64,000 nucleotides of DNA from the human T2T-CHM13v2.0 reference genome, Homo sapiens. Below the pieces are notes generated by a model that was not told the origin of the DNA, searched no databases, and was given only the letters and a program-made list of their open reading frames with translations. Position 1 is the stretch's first letter; every line of letters starts with the position of its first letter. The position numbers and the translations under genes are program-made. The DNA is taken from the NCBI RefSeq assembly GCF_009914755.1, contig NC_060932.1; one strand, written 5' to 3'. This document shows positions 56,908 through 64,000 of this stretch, in pieces.

Positions 56908-57078
56908 TGTATTAGCTCATTTTCAAGCTGCTAATAAAGACATACCCCAGACTGGGTAATTTATAAAGGAAAGAAGTTTCATGGACTCACAGTTCCACAT
57001 GGTTGGGGAGGCTTCACAGTTGTGGCAGAAGGTGAAGGAGGAGCAAAGTCACATCTTACATGGCAGCAGGGAGAGAGG
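56908..57078 (-). mobile_element. THE1 LTR 3' fragment
   Basis: tgtattagctcattttcaagctgctaataaagacatacc...cttacatggcagcagg. Confidence 0.85.
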
Positions 57079-57287
57079 GAACCCTGGGTGGGGTGGGGAA
57101 ATGAGCAGAATGGGGGAGTTCTCCGGGCTGCATTCCGGGTGAGAAGCCTGAGGAGGCAGGTGTGGTGCTAACCCGGGTTTCAATGCCATCATCTGGGCAT
57201 CTCTGTAGGTTGAATGGTGGGAGTTCCCCATAGTCAATGCTGAGGCACAGCCCCAGCCTGGGCATGGGAAAGGCTTATGCTTCAACT

Positions 57288-57475
57288 GTCATTCTCAAAC
57301 TTGAGCACATATCAGTTTCACATGGAAGGCTTGTTCAGATGCAGATTGCTGGATCCCATCTCCAGAGTTTTTGATTCTGTAGATCTGGGGTGGGGCTCCA
57401 GAATTTGCATTCCTAACAAGATCCTGGATTATACCAATGATGCGGGCCTGGGAGACCTCATTTGAAAACTACTGC
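57288..57475. mobile_element. MER5A
   Basis: ttctcaaacttgagc...gcagattgctgg...gaatttgcattcctaacaag. Confidence 0.8.
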
Positions 57476-57820
57476 ACTAGAATACCTGACGTTAGACTCG
57501 TGGCTCTCAACTTTGGATACATTAGAATCATTTGGGGAGTTTAAAAATATACAGACGCCAGGGCCTTGCGCATGAATTGGTCTGGGAATGTAAATAGATA
57601 TAAGAATTTGAACTCCAACTGGGCAAAACACTGATTTGTTTAAGATTTATTTAGAAAATGCAATGAATGCATTGATGAATTTATCCAAATTTTATTAAGC
57701 ATCTACCATGCTGCAGGCATTGTGTTGGTGATGGGGATATATAGGTGAACAAAATACAATTCTACCTTCAGGAAACCATCAGTCCAGTGTGAGGCAGGTA
57801 TACAAAACAGGTGGTTCTGT

Positions 57821-58127
57821 TGGGCACAGTGGCTCGCACCTGTAATCAATCCCAGCACTTTGGGAGGCTGAGGTTGGAGGATTCCTGAGCCCCGGAGTTC
57901 TAGACCAGCCTGAGCAACATAGGAAGACCCCCCATCTCTACAAAAAATTAAAAAGTAGCTGGGCGTTGTCATGCTCGCCTGTGGTCCCAGCTACTTGGGG
58001 GTATGGGGGTGCTGAGGTAGGAGAACCCCGAGAGGCTGAGGCTGCAGTGAGCAGTGATTGTGACACTGCACTCCAGCCTTTGCCATAGAGCGAGATCCTG
58101 TCTCAAAACACAAAACAAAAACAAAAA
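57821..58127 (+). mobile_element. Alu (AluJ-type)
   Basis: Diverged dimer with CAAAA tail. Confidence 0.9.
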
Positions 58128-59120
58128 ACCCAGATGGTTCTAAAACCACATGGGAGTGGAGTAATAGTTATGCAGAGAGAACTATGGAAGCCTTAAGGAA
58201 GAGCATCCAATCCAGCTTGGGGGGCAGGGGATGGAGAAAGCTCAGGGAAGGGGCTAAAGAGATGACGAGGTGATGATTCAGTTCAACAGTTTCAGAAATC
58301 CCAATAGGTTAATCTTCTATTTGGCGTAAAAAGAAGCTTTATTGAACCCAAGGCATAGTGTTAAAAATTTGTGCCTAAATCCAAATCTGTGCTTGACCTC
58401 TTACTAGCTGTCCAACTAGGAACAATTTACCTAAACTCTCTTTGCCTTACTTTCCCCATATTTAAAAGGGGACTAATAATAGTATCTCCCTGATAGGATT
58501 GTTGTGAAGACCAAATGACGTAACACATGTGAAGTGCTTGGTGGCGTGAAGGACTCAAACTTCCAGGGTCACTGTTCACACCCTCAAAACAGCTCACAGT
58601 CTAGTAAGCACTTTATAAATGTCAGTTACTATCATTAACATTTCAGAAGGTCTCGTTTAAACTTCCAGTTAAAACCATCACCACTGGGAGTTTTAGTTTT
58701 GGTTCCTGTTGCTGTGGCTGTAGCACTGGGAGGTGGGCTCACGCTGCTGGGACATGCAGGATTCTCTCCCCTGCACCAAGTGGCTCCAGACTCCCGCGGC
58801 TCTAGAATTCTTGTGTTGAGGTTTCATTTAACATGTTCTTCCTTCTATCAGTGTATCTGTCCTCTGCCGACTTCTTACCACCTCCTTACAATGGCTGGTT
58901 TTTTTTTTTTTTTTGTATCCACCATAGACAAAATATCCAAAAGGCCAAGATTGCATAATTGTACCTAAAATGTAGCTACCCTTCAGAGACTTGTCTTTAA
59001 ATGAAGAAGGTATGCATTGGTGCATGTCATGCTTTGACATCAAAGGCCCTTTTCACTTCCTCCTACACTTTTGCAGTGGCATTCTGAAGGACTAACTTTC
59101 TGGGATAATAGATTTCCTGA

Positions 59121-59424
<304 letters not shown>

Positions 59425-59957
59425 TTAAGATGATCTTAAATAAATAAATAAATAAGGATCTTATTTATTTATTTAAGTCTTTTGAAATGATCTAGACTGC
59501 TTTCTGCTAGGGCTTGATCATGGGTCTTCTGGATTTGGGATCACAGTTTAATGCACACCCTTGGTTAAGACCATACTTATTTTAATTTCAAATTCTCAGC
59601 CATATTTCACCTGCCTCCAGAGCCTGTCTTCTTTTCTCAGGAATCTGGATCTATTTCCCCACTTGTCATGCAGCTTTCAGATGTTCTTTGTCCACGTTCA
59701 TCTGAGTGTTCACCTTGCCTGGTGTTCACCTGCCACAAGTCCCAAACTGTTCTCCACTGGAGACAATATTTATGTTGGCTAAATATTGGCACAAGCAAGT
59801 CATAAACTTGGCATGTTCACAAACAACGTGGCAGACCACTGAACAGATGTTCTAACATTTACAAATCGGTTTTCAGTTAGGAGCATGTGCAATGACCATC
59901 TGCCTTTGTCCCCAGTGTGCAGAGCTCTTCTTGAAAGGTTAGCCATATTCTACAGTC

Positions 59958-60302
59958 CAGTGTTTCTCAAACTCTGCTGCACATTAGAGCCACCTGGGGA
60001 GCACTTACAAACCCTGATGCGCAGGACAACCACCAGACCAATTAATTCAGACTCTAGGGCTGGGACCCAGGCATCGGTGGCTTTTAGAACTCCTCAGGTG
60101 ATCTCAATGCAGGCAAGTTTGACAACGCGTTCCATAGTCCAGTGCTTCTAAGATTTTAATGTGCCTGAAAATCACTTGAAGAGTCTGTTAAAATGCAGAC
60201 TATGATTCAATAGATCTGAGTGGGCTGAGCATCTGCATTCCTAACAAGTGCCCACGCAATGTGGATGCTGCTACAAATCCAGGGACCATACTTTGAGTAG
60301 CA
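59958..60302. mobile_element. Two adjacent MER5A-family MITEs
   Basis: cagtgtttctcaaact... (59958-60130) and cagtgcttcta...tgcattcctaacaag...catactttgagtagc (60140-60302). Confidence 0.7.
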
Positions 60303-61984
60303 GGGCTGTAGTCCTTTCTATTGCCTGTTCATTAGCCTTGCAAGTAATTTCCCAGAAATCATGAGTCCATTTGAGTTTGTGATTATTTCCACATTTATCA
60401 ATGGCTGTACTAGGTCTCCCTCCCTCTGTCATTCTGCACATATCCTATAGCCACACTCCCGTGGTAAAGTAATCTTAATATTGATCTCACTTCTGTATTT
60501 TTCCCTAGATAGTGATTCTTGTGAAAACCCAGACAATAGAAGAGTCATCTAGCTAAACCTAAGCAGATTTTTCCACTGATCTGATCTTTCTCTCTGTGTA
60601 CACTCTATCTGCAAAGCTCACTGGACACAAGGACATGTCCTCCAGGATAAGGAAATTCTTTGAACATTGTGTGATTTGGCGGATGATAATGACCCAGTAT
60701 CTTGGTTACTGCTGCTCCACATAGGTTAGTTACAAACACTAGGTCTTTGGTTCAAAAAAATCATTAATAGTGGCAAAAGAATTGAGGATAGCACAAAAGT
60801 AATTTTCGTTTCAGGATTGGTTAGGATTTCAGATGATAGTACCTTGAAAAATGCAATTTCCTGGCCAATATTCTACTGGCTCTGCAATAATAGTTGTCAA
60901 TTATCTATGGGCCCTGGTCTGTGGACATATTCTTGGGGGAATAAAAACTTTTCTAGGAGTCTTTTGCATTTCATGCTGATAATAACTTAAAAATTAATAT
61001 AAAGCATCCTAGATCATCAAGATGACCAAGTCCTGGCTCATGATTTAAATGTCTGCATTTGTGTTTGTATTTACGATTGTTTATATGCCAAACAGCCATA
61101 CTTCAATAATTGCAGGCTAATGATGAAAGAAGAGTGAACAGAGGGAGATTTAATAGAAACACCATGTGTGTAAGCCGAGAGAAGGTCCCACGGCATTACA
61201 AGGAGGCTTACAAACAAAAGTGTCTCAGTAGGTTCAATAGAGAAATATGATAAAAGAACTCAGAAGTCACATACCACATCATATTTTAGATTTGCTGAGA
61301 TTCAGAAAACAAACCAAACCAAAACAAAAACCAAGTAAAACTCAAAAAAAAAAAAAAAAACAAACCCAGCATTATAGCCATTGGGACCATTTCATGTTGA
61401 GCACAGCTATTGAATCTCAACAAAATAACATTGTCTATTACACTATGTTGATGACATACATTTAAACAGCATTGACTTATAACATTATCATTTAATTTAT
61501 ATATTTGTTTTGGTTGTGTAGCTGTTTCAAAACCACCAGCATTCTAGTTTTGTTTGTACATATTCAAGTAACTTTCTAATGCAAATAAGTTAAGCCATTA
61601 CTGGGATAGTTTTTTGTTCTTTAAAAAGATTTTGTATTTACTTTTTTACATGTATTCATTCTTTGTGCACATGTTGAGTTCCTTTACTATTTTCTGAAAT
61701 GTCATAGTGGTCCTGGTGTAGCCTCATGTGCTTGATTTCAAGGAGTTGTTAATGAGACACTGTTGGGAACAGAAACTAAGCCCCTAGAAGAGTTCATTTT
61801 TACATTACCTGTAAATACAGTAACAAACTTTTTGCAGGGAAAGATTTCCCTGCTTGGAAGTCACACCTGATGATGGCTGGTGGCTGGTGGAGGGTCCAAC
61901 ATGACAGATCACTGGGGGCTCATATTGGCCCCATGACAGAGCAGGGGTCATACCTATGATTTGGGGGGAAAATAAAGTGCTTAC

Positions 61985-62107
61985 AGGCTGTGGGGCCTCT
62001 GGCTCTCCATTCCGTGATGGGTGGCTGAGAGGCTGCACGACTGTCGAGGGTTGGGAGTCCCCTTTAGGCAACTGTTGACTGCCTTCTGAGAGGGTGTACG
62101 ACTGGCT
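61985..62107 (-). CDS. ANXA13: ANXA13 exon 2, alternative cassette (isoform 13b, 41 aa SQSYTLSEG...EPEAPQP)
   Basis: T-rich tract, CAG|AGC...CCT|GTAAGC; 123 nt, phase 0-0; peptide visible in ORF 61805-62182. Confidence 0.95.
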
Positions 62108-63055
62108 CTGAGGATTAAAAAAAAATACATAAAAATGCTGGTCCACTCCTAAAGGCCAGCTGCTCCCTAGGTTGACTTTCAAAAGACAAAATTATCCTCC
62201 TAAGCTGTGAATGCAGGGTCCATTGATTATTCCTGGGGTCCTCTGCATCTATCAGAAATATTTGAAAAATAGGCTTCAGTTTCTCTGAAAGATACACTGA
62301 ACGGATGGCTCATAATCTCTGCTGGTATGAAAATGCTATTTGTAGATGATTTGAAAAACAATGCCTTTCCTAAGAATATATTTGTAAGTTTGTAAACATC
62401 TGAGTGCAGCTTGAATATATAGCGAAGGAAAAACCTTATAGACAAAGTAACAGTTTACAGAAAGTTTTGGAGTTTTATTCTCTGCTCATAGTGTGCATGA
62501 AATATATCATTCTTGCTGTGGAAATTTACAGCAGGTACACAAAACCTTATTAAGATTTGTATTGGAATAGCTTTAGATATACTTCAATGTAAAAAATATT
62601 CAAGATTCAACTCTGATCTGTCCTGTGTGTAGTTGGTTCCAAAAGGTAGTGTTTTAGTCAGTTTTTAGTCATTAACTATTTATAGACACACTATTCAGGA
62701 GCCTAAACATTTCAAAAGAAATGTAAATTATTAAGTCCATTCCATGGATATTTGCAAATATGTGGATGTTTAGAAATAATAATGGAATATTTTCACCTTG
62801 CAATCCAAGTTGTGTGGACTTACATGAGTATTTACCTTGGTCTATTAATATTTGCAACATGAACCTATCTTTCCCACATAACTCTGAATGGGCTTAGTTT
62901 ATGAAGTTTTATACAAATTTGCTACAAACTAACAGCTTTAGTTATACATTCTACAGATACATATTAACCATTTGCTCTCTGCAAGGCACTATTTACTGCC
63001 TTATTTTACATACTTCTTTCTCTTTAGCCCCTCTTAAGAGATTTTTGGCCAATAA

Positions 63056-63392
<337 letters not shown>

Positions 63393-63551
63393 TCAATGCA
63401 TTTTAAAAGCATGGTATGCTGTTGCTAAAACCAATATTAAAGGGTAACCATAGTGATAAAGTATACAAGTATCAGTCATGATTTTATAGTTTAAATTCTT
63501 CCACATGCTAACCAAAATTAAAACCAATTCCCAAAGGCAATGAGTACTTAC

Positions 63552-63566
63552 ATGACGATTGCCCAT
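63552..63566 (-). CDS. ANXA13: ANXA13 exon 1 coding part (MGNRH, N-myristoylation Gly2)
   Basis: Minus strand AAAATG GGC AAT CGT CAT|GTAAGT; consensus donor, phase 0. Confidence 0.96.
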
Positions 63567-63599
63567 TTTCCTTTTTCTGAGATGGTTTTTCTGTATTTC

Positions 63600-63810
63600 A
63601 TTAAGAGATCAGTCCTCCTACAGGCAAAGTTTACAACAGTTTTCCCCCGGACATAATATCTCTTGTGTTTAATAAGTAACTTTTGGCACTGAATTTGAAT
63701 ACATTGTTGGGGATGGGTAGGGAGTGGCTCTAGCTACAGATAAACTTAGACTGCCCAGGTTTCCTTGGTACCCATGTTTTTAAAATAATATACTTCTTAA
63801 TAAATAAAGT
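63600..63810 (-). promoter_or_regulatory. ANXA13 proximal promoter/5'UTR with HNF1-, GATA-, CDX- and HNF4-like motifs
   Basis: HNF1-like GTTACTTATTAAA 63668-63680; AGATAA 63738-63743; TAATAAA ~63798; GGCAAAGTTTA ~63623; AT-rich GATATTAT ~63653-63660; no CpG island. Confidence 0.65.
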
Positions 63811-64000
63811 TTAGGCTTTTAAAGTTGAATAGCTTCTTCCCACCTAAAAGACTAAACCTGCCTCACTTCTGAATTGTTGAGTTATTCTTTCATATTCTGG
63901 TGTTCATTTAAAATATTATGCCTTTTAGTAATGAAAGCATTAACCAAATAGAAAAATATTACTATTTTTTACTAACATTGTTATTATTATTACAGAGAAT

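Overview
This is primate, almost certainly human, genomic DNA. It contains the whole coding span of ANXA13 (annexin A13, intestinal annexin) on the minus strand. I reconstructed 12 exons by hand from GT/AG boundaries. Eleven constitutive coding exons join in frame to give the 316-aa isoform 13a (MGNRHAKASS...LLVALLH*), and a 123-nt cassette exon (61985-62107) adds the 41-aa insert of isoform 13b. The promoter lies near 63.6-63.8 kb and the 3' end near 7.02-7.05 kb. The rest is intron or flank rich in Alu, L1, L2/MIR, MaLR/ERVL LTRs and hAT/piggyBac MITEs; almost all ORFs in the supplied track are spurious. I see no convincing new gene or biological system. The best second-look items are two oppositely oriented MER85 piggyBac MITEs in one gene, an intronic LTR18A, a rare GAG splice acceptor with a competing CAG, a His86/Ile272 haplotype, template-switch-like palindromes and a local ~115-bp duplication. 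Repeat subfamily names come from recalled consensus sequences, and repeat boundaries are approximate.
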